Part shown: positions 41,921 to 56,853 of the stretch, piece after piece
Position numbering within the stretch: the stretch's first letter is position 1
Layout of the letters: each line of letters starts with the position of its first letter
DNA from: the human T2T-CHM13v2.0 reference genome, Homo sapiens
Assembly: GCF_009914755.1 (NCBI RefSeq)
Contig: NC_060929.1
DNA length: 64,000 nt
Direction: 5' to 3' (one strand)
Made by a program: the position numbers and the translations under genes
Notes under the pieces: model-generated
Database searches by the model: none
What the model was told of the DNA's origin: nothing
The model's input: only the letters and a program-made list of their open reading frames with translations

Positions 41921-44312
41921 CCAAGTGTTTCCTTTCTTAGATCACTTACCCATCTTAAGTCATCTCTTAATTCTCTTTTCTCCATATCTACCATCATCTT
42001 ATACATTTTATCCTTATGTTTCACATTCTAGTTCATCCTCCCACATTGTTTTGCTCTTTGGACACAAAAAGCAGGACCAGGACACACTTTAGTTCTATAA
42101 TTGAAAATCAAATGTCCTAATATTCCTTTTTAAACCTCAACCAGACTACTTTTAATCTCAACTGATGGTCCATAAAACTCATCTGGCTGTATTACCATCT
42201 TAGCCTGTTCTCTTATTATTGCCTCAGCCTCTATATAATAATGAGCATATCCTCTTTTGAAAATATTTTTCCAGTTCCAATAATAAATAATTTTAAAGAT
42301 GTTTCTTCTGAATCTTCAAGATAATTTCCTCTTTCTTTTTACCTATGGTAATTTTCCTGTAGGCCTCACGGTCCATCTAGCAAAATCCTATGTTTGACAA
42401 GATACAATAGGCAGGGCTAGCCCTTGAGACCCCATTTATTTATTTATTTGGGGACTAATTGAAACCCCATCTTAAATCTACAGCCTATGACTCAATGTAT
42501 ATTAATTTTAATCTAACTTCTAATACTCACTAATAATTCTCATAATTTTTTATTAGTTATTAATTCAATTTACCCTGACCAATCCCAGAATTGTAGCATT
42601 CTGATTTTGAAAGTTTTGTAGAGCTGTTTGTTATTCCGACTCACCCTTATGCAGATGTTCACTTTGGCAGAAATCATCTACTGTTAACTGCACATTGAAT
42701 AAATTTAAAGCTCCATGTTGGTCATTGTTACTGTCAGTATCTACTCATTATTTTCAAATGGGAAATGTTATCCGTCTTCTTTAATGAGATTGTTCTTGAA
42801 GAGAAATTTTACATTGGCTGTCGAACAGCTCTGCTCAGAAAGGGTCAAATCTGAATTTTAAAATTATACATACCTCCCCAAATCACTGACATATTTTCCT
42901 AATCACTGGGGCAAAATTTCAGTTTATAAAAACAATTTCATATATTTACCAAAGCCTAACAAAACACGAAGGACAAATTGATAATTGGCATAGAAAACAC
43001 AAAATGTGCCAAATTGTTCTTCTAAATATTGAGGGAAAGAGGTTAAACATAATGCTGTACTTTACACTAATGAAAATGTCCAGTATATTCTTTTCCCAGA
43101 GCAAAATAACATGTTAATGACTCTGCTCAATGTCATTTTTGTTAATGTGACATCCAAGGAAGCACTCCTCCTGGAGCCATAAACTGTGTTCAAGGACAAA
43201 GATCAAAACTGCTTATCCCCTGCTTCTCACTGGTGGCTGTAACTGAAGCCCTGTGTCACAATGACCATCATTACTGTAAGTGGCGCTTAGCCAGTTAGTG
43301 TTAGGGCTGTAGCCTATCCTCACTGTTTCCTCTCCTGGGGAACAGGAAATCATGTACTGAAAATTGTTACTACAGCATTCCAGGACTTACAAAAGGGAAG
43401 ACTCCTTTCCTTTAGCCTGACGACTCCTGAATATTTAATTCCTACTTATTCTTTAAAACTCAAATGTCATGCTTTCACAAGAGCTTTTTTTTTTTTTCAG
43501 TGAGAGAATGGAATTTCAGAATCGATGTAGAGGCGGAGCGGATTAGGATAATAATAAGACCTGAGAAGTAGCTGAGCACAGGATTAAGAGAAGGGAGATG
43601 GGAATGGTGGTATAAAAATCTTCATCCTAATATCTTCAGTGTGGAGACTGATGATATAAGTCAAAGGACCACTTCGGCTGACGCTATAGTAAGATTGTGG
43701 ACATGGAACTGAATCATAGGGTCTAGGGCAAACTGTCCTGAATTTATGTGCTTTTCAAGATGGCCGGATATTGCAATATTACCCACTAGACGGCAGTAAT
43801 CCAACCACCCTGCCTTATTCAGGACTTTGGTATTCCTTAAAAGCACCTTGATACAGCCTGTCCCTTAGCTTCCTGATCTCATTTATCAACCTGGGTGCTG
43901 AGTGTTTCCTAGTATATGCTTCCAGTCTTTGCTGTATGTCTCTTAGCTGTTTGATTATTTAAGATATAAACTAAAATATATGTATTTCTTAGTTTGTGCT
44001 AAGAACTTTAGATATGACAGGATTGATTGATTGATTTAATTTTCATAACAACTCTCTGAGGCAAGATTATTGTTCCCATTTTAAAGGTTAGGGCACTGAG
44101 TAACAGTTTGAGTAATGTGCCTAACTTAGCAAGAAATAAAGCCAAGCCTCAAAAATCAATTTGATTTTGCAATAAAGCCTGTTATACCATTATGCATATA
44201 GCCCCATCCGCTCCATTTGACCAAAATACAGTGTCTCTCAGATGTGTGATAGCTTTGGCCAATAGAAAAGAGTTTGTTATTCTCCCATATTCAGAGAAGC
44301 AAAGCAGCTACG

Positions 44313-44313
<1 letters not shown>

Positions 44314-44358
<45 letters not shown>
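44314..44358. repeat. (TG)n microsatellite
   Basis: Pure TG run of about 22 units. Confidence 0.97.
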
Positions 44359-44360
<2 letters not shown>

Positions 44361-47300
44361 AAATTTATAGATCCAGCATTTCAATCTAAAAAAGTATTCC
44401 CACAGAATAGAAAGTAATGAAAATTTTATCCCCTTTACAATATTTTCAATATTAATTTCAACTCCTAATTTTAATTGTTACAGCTTTGCTAAAATGCATT
44501 ACTCTTTGCATTTTTAAATATATTTAATGTCATATATGATATGTATTGTATAGATGTTGGTTGGTTTTTAAAAAGGGGCCATGTATAATAACAATAGGAC
44601 AATGAGCTAAAAATAAGTTGTGTGCACACCATGTTTCTGATTTGGGTGAGGTAAATATAATGATAATTTCTGTTCATGGAGGAAGTAATCATATTTGGAC
44701 AAATGTTGCATTCTGTTACTATAATATACAATTAAACACAATCAATGTTAATATGTAAAACAAACAAGTTCGTGGGTCAAGGAAATTATTGAAAACTATG
44801 TCAGTTATGCTTTAAGACTGTGGACATTCAAATGTTAGCAAATATTCTTGAAAATCATTAGTAATAAAAATGAAAATAAAAGAATTTTTGGTATTAATAA
44901 TACTAGATAGTATAAATAACTTGATAGTATAAAATTACCCTCATAGAGGTTTTTATGATTATATGATAATTATAAATAGAGTGGAAATCCCAGTAATTAT
45001 TATATCACTATTATTACCTTCCCACCATTAAATACTTATTATGTGTCTACTAAACATTAAATATTGCCACAACTTTAAGTGGTAGGTAGTTATCATCCTT
45101 GTTTTATAAAAAAAAGAAGCTAAAGCTTGTTTTATAAACAAAAAAGCTTGTTTTATAAACATAGACGCTCAGCAAATGAAATCATCTAAGATCACACAGT
45201 AAATGGGAAAGTCTATATGGTTAACTAATTTGTGTGTGTGTATGTAAAATACATGGAACTTTACAGAAGTTGGTATTCCAAAAACCTTCTACATTTATTT
45301 TGCCTACATATAAAGCTAGCTCAATCCAAACATATAGAAGCTTTCATTGTATTTACAAATATATCACTTTTTTCCTAAATGTCATAGTGGATTTTCTATA
45401 TAGCGCCTAGCCTTCCCATCCCATTTGGAATTTAACCAATTTTGTTTTAATTGCATTGATGCAACTCTATGTTTTTTAAGTATTACAATAATAAATACAT
45501 ATTAGAGAGATATATTACCATTATAAAAGTATTTTGTGGCCAAGAAAAATAAAGCAAGGCATTAAACACAGAATTTAGAGATTTTTGAGTAAAGATCATT
45601 AGTTAGGTTTGTTTAGATTGAAAGTGACTGAAAAATCATTACCTTACAGCTTCCTCATCACAGTTCTATGTGAAATGAGTAGGTGAGACACTTCATTTCT
45701 TTAAAAATAATCCCTGTCAAAAATCATAAAACTTTGCTATCACAACTGACATTAATTGGCATCCTTGTTAGCACTCTCCAAAGAGAGGTCAAAACTGGAT
45801 GTTCATAGAAGCTGAATTGCCCCTTCTTATAAGTGGTTCCTCTGGGTTAAAGAGAAGAGACATGGAAACCTTAGAAAAAGTTTGGCATGTACCTTTATTA
45901 TAAGAAAAACAAGAGACATTCTTGTTGAACTGTGAGCATTGATTGTTTGACATCGTGGTAGAGCATTATACATGAAACTTACAGACAGATGTCTAAGATA
46001 ACTAAAAAGATCAGATAATAGTAATACAATTTCCCAGTTTTGCACCCAAAGTATTTGAAGCTAGATGTGGATTTTTATAGAATTTCAGAGAGGTTTGTGG
46101 GAGGTGGACATTTTATAAGGGGAAAAGAGTGCATATACCTTATGTTATGTAACAGCCCAGTAGGGTAAAAGGCAGAATACTGTTAATATTTCTAAAAATA
46201 TATATATGAATATGCATACCAAGTAAATAAAGAAAAGCTATAAACATCCTCATGTCAATTCAGATCAAAGTTTGCCACCAAAACAATGAATTCACATAAG
46301 GTTAAATTTTGCTGCCAAATACATTATGAAAAAAATGCTATTATAGGAGATTTTATAATTACTGAATTGCAGATATAGTATTATATAGTTGTACAAAAAT
46401 TAGGATTATTTGGCTATAAGGAAAAGAAGATTGAAAAGTCATTAAATATAGACTTTATTTGTTAATTTATATTTTCAACAAATGGTTATCAGGCACCTAC
46501 TATTTGCCAGTTACAATGACAGGAAAACACGATGACAAGACAAATGTGGCCCTACATTTGAACAGTGTTTTATTATCAGCTTTATTCATCTCCACTGAAG
46601 CCAGAAAAGAAAGCAAACATTTTAAATGTACCTAAGAAAAATGAAACAAAATAAAAAATAATGCTTCTCATTTCCATATTTAAATGCAGGAAAATGTTAT
46701 CACAGAAGCTTATGGAATCTACTCGCCTTGGGAAATCTTAAAAGATGTATCATCTGTCTTAGATGATTTGGAGTCAATCGAACCAACAATGTGGCTCCTT
46801 AAGGCACCAATTCAACAAAGATTCTACACTCAAATTAATTTTCCCAAACTTGATTCTAATTACTTCTTATAGTATAATAGATTTTTTACAGTACCTTCAA
46901 TGTTTATAGATACAGTTATTTTGCACAGACAGAAACAAATCTAAATAACCACAAATCAAGAGATTTGATGCACATAAATCAACAAAAATCCAATTAAATT
47001 TTAGCTAGCTAAACTGACTAAAAGTAAAAAATAAATACAAATATGAACTCGTAGATGAAGAAGTCAATGTATTAATTCTGAATGATCTCCTTTTGAATTA
47101 AGAATTTTATGACAAATGGAAATAAAGCACTATCATTGCCATTTGAAATATAATAATGAGGACATTGGTGGTGGTGGTAGTGTTTTAATATCCACAAACC
47201 CGTGACTCAGACAGCCAACAATATAAGCACCCATCCCACTGTTAATTATATGGAAACAACATTTTCTATTCTACATCCTTCTTCTATAAACACCATTGTG

Positions 47301-48954
47301 CTCTCACTAAGATTTTCAAAGAATCACTACGTGCCATTTATTAAGTAATAGTGTATGTAATAATTCTAGTTTTTCTAAAGATATTTCTCCCTTAACATTT
47401 AGTAAAGAACATTTTCTGTAGCCATGCACAAACAAATGATTAAACTCAATAGGCCAATTGAGTAGCTGTTTCTCATACATAAACGCTTTTGCAAGCATAT
47501 TTGTACATACCTCTTTCTATATAGTGGTTAAATAAAAATTAGATTTTATTCGCTGAAATTTTAAAGATCAAAGTTGTAATGCAACCATCATGTAGCGCTT
47601 TGCTATAGCAGGCTGAGATGTCATAAGACATCTTTCCAAATACATCCATTAAATATGCTAGAATATGAATTATTCTTGTAGAAAAAAATGATTATTACCT
47701 CTAGAGCAAAATAAAACTTCTTTGGAATGGGTCAGGTTCAAAGTCTTTCCATAAAAAAGATGTTCCTATATAAGTGGAAATTGAAACATTCCTTAGCCTA
47801 TATTTCACTAGCATGGGAAATTTGAGGTTGTTCACATTTCCACTGAGATGTGTGTTCTGAACCACCTGAGAAAATTAAACAACTATAATTCTAAAATTCT
47901 ATTAGGCCATTTATCTACACCTTCTCACTGATAGGAGAGGTAAAATCAGTAGAACAATAATTTGATGTTTTTCTTACTGTGTCACAAAAAATTATTTAAC
48001 CAGTACACAATGAAAGTCTATGTGATATAAGCAAGTGGTTGCTGTATTCAGCAGTCTTATTTCTCAGAATGAGCCATCAAAATCCAAGAGCTCACAAGGA
48101 GATGATGAAAAGGGACTTTCCAAGATGAATATCAAAGATTGCAAGACCAAGATGATAATCCTGCACCCCCTAAAACTTTCCTTTGACTGCCTAGTATGGG
48201 TGGATACAGTATTGAAAAAGAGTTATAATGAAATACTGTTTAATTTTCTATTGGGAAAATGTATTTCTTCTGATACTCTTTCTAAAAAATATCCATTGTT
48301 AATACCAACTTGAGCTGCTAGACTGCCTGTCTCTCTTTATCTCCTGGTCTTTACAAAGATAAAAATAGGTAACTTCTGACTGATTGGTCTTTGTCCTATC
48401 TCAAGTTACCCCAGTAGTTGTTACCTTAAAGAGCCACAACTACAAAATTGAGGAATGGATTCTGGATGATAAAATAGATTTACCTTCTCTGAAAGCTAGT
48501 CTCAGCACATACAAAATGAGGGAATTAATAAAATCTACATCATAGGATTGTTGTGATAAATAATTAAAACAATTCAATGTGAAATGCTTAGTACAGTGCC
48601 CAGGGAAAGCTTAGTAAATTTTACAGTTACCAGTATTTTAAGAATCGCCGGGTATGCTGCTTTGCACACATGGAATTCATTTCTCTTTTATGTAAGTGCC
48701 ATTTTTTCTAACTGATGTTTATACATTAAGGGACTACACTGTGTTTAAAAAGCTTTAGACTGAAAATACGTAAAATTCCACTGTGGTTCCTGCCTTGCAA
48801 GGAGCTGATTTTTTATATGCTGTGGTAACATTTACTTAATCATTATGAAATTTAGTTTTCTTGTCTGTGATATATGTAGTTGGGCTCAACAGCTCTAAAT
48901 TGTCTTCTTGACCTCTGGGATCATTTTATCCCTACGAGGAAGATACATTTTGTT

Positions 48955-51431
48955 CACAGCTAAAATCATGCTCCATTGGGCAAAGTTGAAAGCTTTTCTG
49001 TAACAAGGCAAGGATGCCCATTCTCAGCACATCTAATCTATATAAAGTAATGAAAGTCCTAGCCAGAGCAATTAGGCAAGAGAAAAAAAAATGGCAATCA
49101 AATTGGAAAGGAAGAAGTTAAACTGTCTCTGTTTGCATGTGATATAATAATATCCATAGAAGACCCTAAAAACTGCTAGAATTATTAAATAAATTCAGTA
49201 AAGTTGCAGGATACATAATCAACACAGAAAAATCAGTAGTGTTTCTATACACTAACAGCAAAAATCTGAAGAAGAAATTTTTCTAAATCACATTTTAAAT
49301 AGCTACAAAAATTAAATACTTATGAATAAATTTAAACAAAGAGGTAAAAGATGTCTACATTAAAAAGTATAAAACATTAATGAAATAGGTTGAAGGAGAC
49401 AGAAATAAATAGAAAGGCATTCCATGTCTGTGGATTGGAAGAATTAATAGTATTAAAATGTTCATACTACCCAAAGCAATCTACAGATTCAGTGCAATTC
49501 CTAACAAAATAACAACAACATTCTTCACATACAGAGAAAAAAAAATCCTAAAATTCATATGGAACCACAAAAGACTCAGAATAGCCAAAGAAATCTTAAG
49601 CAAAAAGAACAAAGCTAAAGGCATCACATTACCTGACTTCAAAATACACTACAAGGCTATAGCAACGTAAATAGCATGGTACTAGCAAAAAAAAAAAATT
49701 AATCACTGCATTTACAGCCAACTGATTTTTGACAAAGGCATCAACAAAACAGAATTGGGAAAGGACAGTTGTGCCAATAAAGGATATTGGGAAAACTGGA
49801 TATCCAAATGCAAAAGAAACTCTTATTTCATACCATATACAAAAATCAACTTGAAATGGGTTAAAGGCTTAAACGTACAACCAAAAACTATAAATAAAAT
49901 TACTAGAATAAAACACAGAAAAGACATACCATGACATTGGTCTGGGCAATGACTTTTTGGAAAAAACCCAAAAGGCACAGGCAACAATGGATAAACTAGA
50001 ATGCGCCAAACTAAAAAGTTTCTCTACAGCAATGGAAACAACAGAGTGAGGAGACAACCTATAGAATGGGAAAAAATATTTGCAAACTCTACATCTGATA
50101 AGGGGTTAATATCCAAAATATATAAGGAACTCAAACAACTTGAGAGCAAAAAAATAAATAACCCAATTAAAAAATGGGCAAAGGACCTAACTAGACATTT
50201 CCCAAAAGAACACACGCAAATAGCCTGCAGGTATATGAAAAAATGCTCAGCATCACTGATCATCAGGAAAATACCAAATAAAGCCAGAGTGAGATATCAC
50301 CTCACATCTGTTAGAATGACTATTATCAAAAAGATGAAAAAGACCAGCCATGGTGGCTCATACCTGTAAATCCGAGCACAATGGGAGGCTGAAGCAGGAG
50401 GATAGCTTGAGCCCATGAGTTGAAGACCAGTCTGGGCAACACAGTGAGACCTCATCTCTACAAAAAATTAAAAAAGAATTAGCCAGGCATGGTGGCACAT
50501 GCCTGTAGTCCCAGTTACTTGGGAGACTGAAGTGAGAGGATTGCTTTAGCCCAGGAGGTCACAGCTGCAGTGAGTGGTGATCACACCACTGCACTCCAGC
50601 CTGGGTGCCAGAGTGAGACCCTGTCTCTAAGAAATAAAAAGATACACCATAACAAGTGTTGGCAAGGATGTGGAAAAAAGGGAACATTTGCACACTGTGA
50701 GAATGTAAATTAGTATAGCCATTATTGAAAACAGTATGGAGTTCCCCCCAAAAAACTAAAAATAGAACTACCATAAGATCCAGCAAGGCCACTATTATGT
50801 ACATATCCAAAGGAATTGAAATCAGTATGTCAAAGAGATAGCTTCACTCTCATGTTCATTACAGCACCACTCACAATAGCCAAGATATAGACTTCAGTGT
50901 CCATTAATGAATAAGTGGATTTTTTAATGTGGTATATATATACAATGGAATACAATTCAGCCATAAACAGAAAGAAATCTTGTCACTTGCAACATGGATG
51001 AACCTGGAGGACATAACTTAAGTAAAATAAGAAAGGAACAGGCAGACAAATGCCGTTTGATCTCGCTCATATATGAAATCTGAAAAAGTTGGTCTCATAG
51101 AAGTAGAGAGGAGAATGGTGGTTACCGAGGCTAGGGTGGATGTGGAGGGTAGTTGAGGAGATGTTGGTCAGAGGATTCAAAATTTTGGTTAGACAGGAAG
51201 AGCAAGTTCAAGAGATGTATTTTACAACATGATGACTATAGTTAATAATATAGTATTCTTGAAAAATGCTAAGATAATGGATGTTAGTCCTCATTACAAA
51301 AGAACGATAACTTCAAGAGGTAATGCACATGTTAATTAGCTGGATTTAGTCATTCCACAATGTATATATACTTCAAAACATCATGTTGTACATGGAAAAT
51401 ACATAATATTTTATCTGTCAATTTTAAAAAA
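48955..51431 (+). mobile_element. 5'-truncated L1MA (L1MA4/5-like), interrupted by AluJ
   Basis: Degenerate ORF2 peptides ([13 protein letters not shown]; [19 protein letters not shown]) and L1MA-type 3'UTR (ttagacaggaag...gttcaagagat...ttagtcattccacaatgtata). Confidence 0.88.
50342..50640 (+). mobile_element. AluJ
   Basis: J-type gaggatagcttgagccc and gaggattgctttagcccaggaggtc. Confidence 0.9.
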
Positions 51432-51778
51432 TTTATACATATATATACACTTTATATACAAGAAAGTAGTTATATACACTTTATATGCAACAAAGTAGTA
51501 TATATATAATACAACAAAGTAATATATATACTATACTATATGTAATGTGTATATATAGATATTATACAACAAACTAGTATATATATACACTATACTATAT
51601 ATATAAAGTAGTGTATAGTATATATATAAAGTAATACATATACTATACTATATATAGTATGTATACATATACACAATACAACAAAGTAGTATATATATAC
51701 ACTATACTATATATACATATAAAGTAGTATATATATACATACTATACTATATATATATACTACTTTGTTGTATATAAA
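51432..51778. repeat. TA-rich degenerate minisatellite grown from the L1MA tail
   Basis: Recurrent tacaacaaagtagtatatatatacactatacta units; the last unit is inverted. Confidence 0.85.
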
Positions 51779-52299
51779 GCCATAAACTAAGCTGAGTAAA
51801 TGTATTCATCAATTCTGGCTTTCTGGATGAGAAGTCTTGAATAAATATAGTTTTCTTCTTTTCCACATCTATCTATAAATTTTTAAATGCTTAGTCATCA
51901 TGTCTTTACATAAATGTCAACATTTCTAGCAATAGCATCTGCGTCAATAGCATCCTCCTATAAGATTAAGTGGGTGCCTTCAATGCTATATAAATTGAAT
52001 ATTGAATACTGTATAAATTGAATATAATTTTTTACTAATAAACTTTAAATGATCTAAGTATATACTACTGTTTACATAAAAGCCATTTTCCCTTTCCTCT
52101 TTGCTCTTTTTTCTTTTTTTCAGGTATTACTGGCCAGCCATGTATTTCAGAAAAGACTAAGTTCCCACAAATCAATCTTGAATAGTCTACACCATTGCCC
52201 CTTCAAGTGATTGGTCTGGAAAAAAGCTGAGAAATAAGATGTTAAAAAAAATGTCTACAGAATAGTTTCTGGAAAGGATTATTTTTGTTCTTAAAAGAG

Positions 52300-52920
52300 A
52301 ACCATAATGAGAAATGTCATTTTACTGCCTTTGGCCATTATTTTTTCTGTGTGATGTCTGGCACTGCAGGAGCTGTTTTGTGACCAAGAGGTAAGGCAGA
52401 CTAAAAAGGCACAGAGTGGAAAGATGGAAAAGCATGGATCTTTCATGATTTTACTGAATCATTGAATTTATGAACACTACAATTTTATCAATTCTGGACT
52501 TCTTGTTATGTGAGATTATAAATGTCCTTATTGTTTAAGTCATTTTAAGTTGATCTTTTTGTAACATCTGAAAGCATCCTGCCTAGGACATAATACACTT
52601 GTCAGAAAAGCTAGCTACTTTAACAAACATTCAAGATTTCAGTGGCTTAACCTGACAGAAATTCATTCCTTGTTGACCTCACAGTCAGATTTGGGTCATC
52701 AGGGTCTCTGCGGTGTGCAGACATTCACAGCACTGGCTTTTGCCAGTGTGATACCACATCCCTTATATACAATCCGGTAGGAAAGAAAGAGCATGGAGAC
52801 CATATTCCTATACCTGGACCTTTGCCATATAACCCTACCTAATCTACTGGAAAATGCAGTCAAGCCACAGGCCCAAAAGGAAGAGGAAGAGGTTTGGCAA
52901 ACACATAGTATTGTCTCTAA
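52300..52920. mobile_element. Two adjacent ancient LTR relics (LTR33/MLT1-late-like, opposite orientations)
   Basis: tctggacttcttgttatgtgag...ttgtttaag 3' motif, then aacaaac...tcagtggcttaa...ggtttggcaaacacatag. Confidence 0.55.
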
Positions 52921-53499
52921 TATATACATTTACTTTAACAATTTCGATACAGTAATTTTTTTTCAAAATAATCAGTGTTGGCTTAATCACTTGTCTAAGT
53001 GCAAACATCACCTGCTATACCACCTACTAAAAATGTTTACCTTAATAGTATCATGCTTTGAAAGACAAATTTACCATTCATATATAGCCCATAAATATCC
53101 CTTATTTTTATCCCATTAAAACTAGGAATACTTTTTCTAAACTTTAGAAAGGGATGCAAAATGAATGGGATTAATTTTATGATATTTTTCAAAAGATCAA
53201 GTTTATTTCTGAATGGAAGGAATTCAGTTCGATCAGATTGAGTATTCAATAAAGATGATAATAAAAAAGAATAACTAGGATATTTGAGTTAGAATACAAA
53301 AGTACATGTTAGGCTTATTAAGTGAATCCTAGCCAATTGAATTTACTTTCTGTGGATGGATTTTCAAAACCTAGAAAGCATCTCTAATATCACTGCTGAT
53401 TTGTTTCTCATTTAATGTTCCTTTGCTATACTGGAAAGATTAAAGATTTAAAAGAATTGTTAAATATCTTGTCAATGATTTCTCATTTAGATCTTTTGT

Positions 53500-53564
<65 letters not shown>
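53500..53564. repeat. Compound (CT)n(GT)n microsatellite
   Basis: Directly visible. Confidence 0.97.
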
Positions 53565-53569
<5 letters not shown>

Positions 53570-54689
53570 CGGTTGGCTACTTTTACCTACTATATTTTAG
53601 AAATAAGGTTTCTGGTGTAACAGAGCAGTCCATAGATCAATCACGAACACTATCCAGTTGTTGTCGGTAACCAATATCTAATACTTATGGGAGAAAAAAA
53701 CTCAGGAAAAAAAGATAACACTGAGCCTCTTGTGGGAGATTTCTCATGTCTGGTGGGTGACAGAGAAAGTGAAGCAAGACCAATCCCATTACCACTAGTT
53801 ATGCTTCAGCCATTCCAATTTCATTCATTTTGCTTTTATTTCTGATGTGCAGAGGCTGTTTGCCTTACGGGAACAGGCAAGTCTTGGAAGAATGTACATT
53901 AAAAAGTTATGAAGAGTACATAATTTATTAAATCCAACTCATTATTGGAAACTGTTAGCATACAATTCATTTAATAGGAATCATTGGTGGAGAAAATGAC
54001 TGTTGTTTTGATCTGATCACATAAGCTATGGTGTAATTTTCCTTGTCTGTGGTGATTTACTTAATCTTGAACAACATGCATACTCACTTAAACTATGCTT
54101 GCTGCTGGGAAATAGACACAAAGGTTTTGTTATTTATTAATGGCAATGGCTTTACATTTTTATTACATTCTGTAACAAATAGACTCTCCGAGTTTTCAGC
54201 AAAATAATTGAATAATTGAATAGAGTAGCTATAGCCCTGAGTGCAAAATGGACAAGAATAGGAAACCATTTTACTGACAAATACCAAGGCCTATAGACCC
54301 ATAATCTATTAACAAGGTTCACTCAATAAAACAATCAATCAAACAAAAAAAGATGTCTGTGTGCCTACTATGCACAATGAGTAAGCCTTAATGTTGTATA
54401 AAAAATGGCAAGAGACTAAAAAGACAAGTTACATACATGAAAATAGTTATCTACAGATAAAAGGCAGCATGTTAACAAACACTAGAGGATACAGACAAAT
54501 ACAAGAGGTCGGAGGAGATGGGATCTCAATGACAAGTGACAGGCAAGGGATAATCCTTATCTAGGGAAGAGCCCCATTTCTAAACTTAGGCAAAATTTCT
54601 CTAAGTAATCTTGTAACATCGTTTTCCAATCTGAATGTTTTAGAACTAACTCTTAATGGCAGGATAATTTCAAATACTATATTAAATTT

Positions 54690-54838
54690 ATTTAACCATT
54701 TATTTAGCCCACAGGAACACTTACTTTATTTCCAGTTTTTCCCACTACAAAGGTACTATAATAGTCCCCCTCACAGTATTTTTGCTCTTATTTCTATAGG
54801 ATACATTCCCAGAAGTGGAATTGCTGGGTCAAAAGCTG

Positions 54839-54886
<48 letters not shown>

Positions 54887-55310
54887 CATGCTGTTATATA
54901 TATGTTATATATGTTATAAATATATGTATATATAACATATATGTATATATAACATGTTATATATATATAAGCTGTGTATATATACACACACACACACCAT
55001 ATTTATATATTCTGAATACATTGTCATATAGCTTTCCAAGAAAGCATTCAAGCTCACTTCTCCCACAGCAAGGTCATGGCATACATTTTGCCCACATCAT
55101 TGTTGGAGGTAGTGCTGTCACTCTTTTGAAGTTTTGCAAGTCTAATGGTAGGAAGTAGTCTCACACTGTGACTTTCATTTTCATTACCCAAAACTCTCAA
55201 TGAGTTTGACATCCTTTCACATATATTTAATGGCCATTTGGATTTGCATTTTAATGAAATTATTTTCATCCTTTGCCTATTTTTGTATTGGGTTGCATTT
55301 CTTCTAATAA
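54690..55310 (-). mobile_element. Old L1M fragment with internal (TA/TG/CA)n tract (54838-54996)
   Basis: ttcccagaagtggaattgctgggtcaaa; track ORF 55054..55269 resembles the ORF2 C-terminus. Confidence 0.65.
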
Positions 55311-55699
55311 ATAATAAATCTGAAAGTATACTTACAGATTTCTAAATTTTAATTTCCTGTTAACAGACAAAAATTATGAATTTAATAGTGTTGCTTAGTT
55401 TCTGCTGCACACAATGCATGGTGCTAGAGTGCCATGGGAGTTACGACATGGTTAAATTTGATAGTAGAACTGAAATAGATATGGAAATAAAATAAAATAC
55501 ATCACACAATAAATTTAAGAAGAATTTTTTTTTTGTTAATATGGTCAAGAAAAAATTTTCAGCAAGGAGAATGTTAGCTTGGATTTTACGGGTTGGTATG
55601 ATTTTGGTAAATGTTATCTGAGAAAAGAGCAATCCATGTACAAGGAATAACAGATTAAAAAAAAAAAGGAATAATTTTAATGCCAGAATAGTTGACCTA

Positions 55700-56074
<375 letters not shown>

Positions 56075-56416
56075 TAGCAATCACTTGTAGCTATCACTTA
56101 TTATATACAGTCTTAAGCTGTAATTATTTGAAAATCAGGAAAACCTGGGAGTTACATTAACACTTTATTTTCTGTAAGAACACTAAAGTTACTAAATAGT
56201 AGCTTGACTAATAAAAATTAGCTTGAGTATAAAAATTAATACAACTTTCTAAAACATCTAATTTAAAACGAGAGAAAATCTCTGATTCAATGTGAATTGT
56301 GGTTATATTTGACTTTGAACATACTGTAATCTATTCTGTGTACTGTCCATGGATTATTGAAATCTACAAATAACCCATGTTTCTGAAAAGCCTTATCAGT
56401 TATATGAAACAAGGTA

Positions 56417-56853
56417 CTGTTGATGCTTGAACAACATGAGTTGGAACATCATGAGTCCATTTTTAGATGAATTTTATTTTGCCTCTGTCACTCTTGAGAC
56501 AGCAAGACTAACCCCATCTTTTCCTCCTCAGCCTACTCAACTTGAAGATAACAAGGATGAGGACTTTTATGATGATCCACTTTCACTTAATGAATAGTAA
56601 ATACATTTTCTCTTTCTTATGATTTTCTTAAGAACATTTTCTTTTTTCTGGCTTACTTTATTATAAGAATGCAGTATATAATAAATATCACATGTAAAAT
56701 ATGTATTAATTGGCCGTGTTATCAGTAAGGCTTCTGATCAATAGTAGAATAATAGTTGTTACATTTTTGGGAAGTCAAAAGTTATACACAGATTTTTTTT
56801 TACTGCAAGGGAGGTCGGCACCACTAACGTCCATATTGCTCAAGGTACCACTG
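56417..56853 (+). mobile_element. Tigger2a-like Tc1/mariner non-autonomous element
   Basis: TA flanks; degenerate TIRs ctgttgatgcttgaacaa / ttgctcaaggtaccactg; internal cctcagcctactcaac...gatgatccactttcacttaatgaatagtaaat. Confidence 0.85.

Noticed and set aside
46690-46872. Acceptor-like site followed by the open frame ENVITEAYGIYSPWEILK...
   Set aside because: No recognisable homology, no canonical GT donor or partner exons; length within chance expectation
51432-51778. Repeat-spacer-like periodicity resembling a CRISPR array
   Set aside because: Eukaryotic context, low-complexity degenerate units, no unique spacers and no cas genes
52085-52200. Very strong plus-strand polypyrimidine/AG acceptor at 52123 (also 19284-19404 and 48068 candidates)
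   Set aside because: Stops follow soon or no homology is evident; cannot be supported as exons without transcript data
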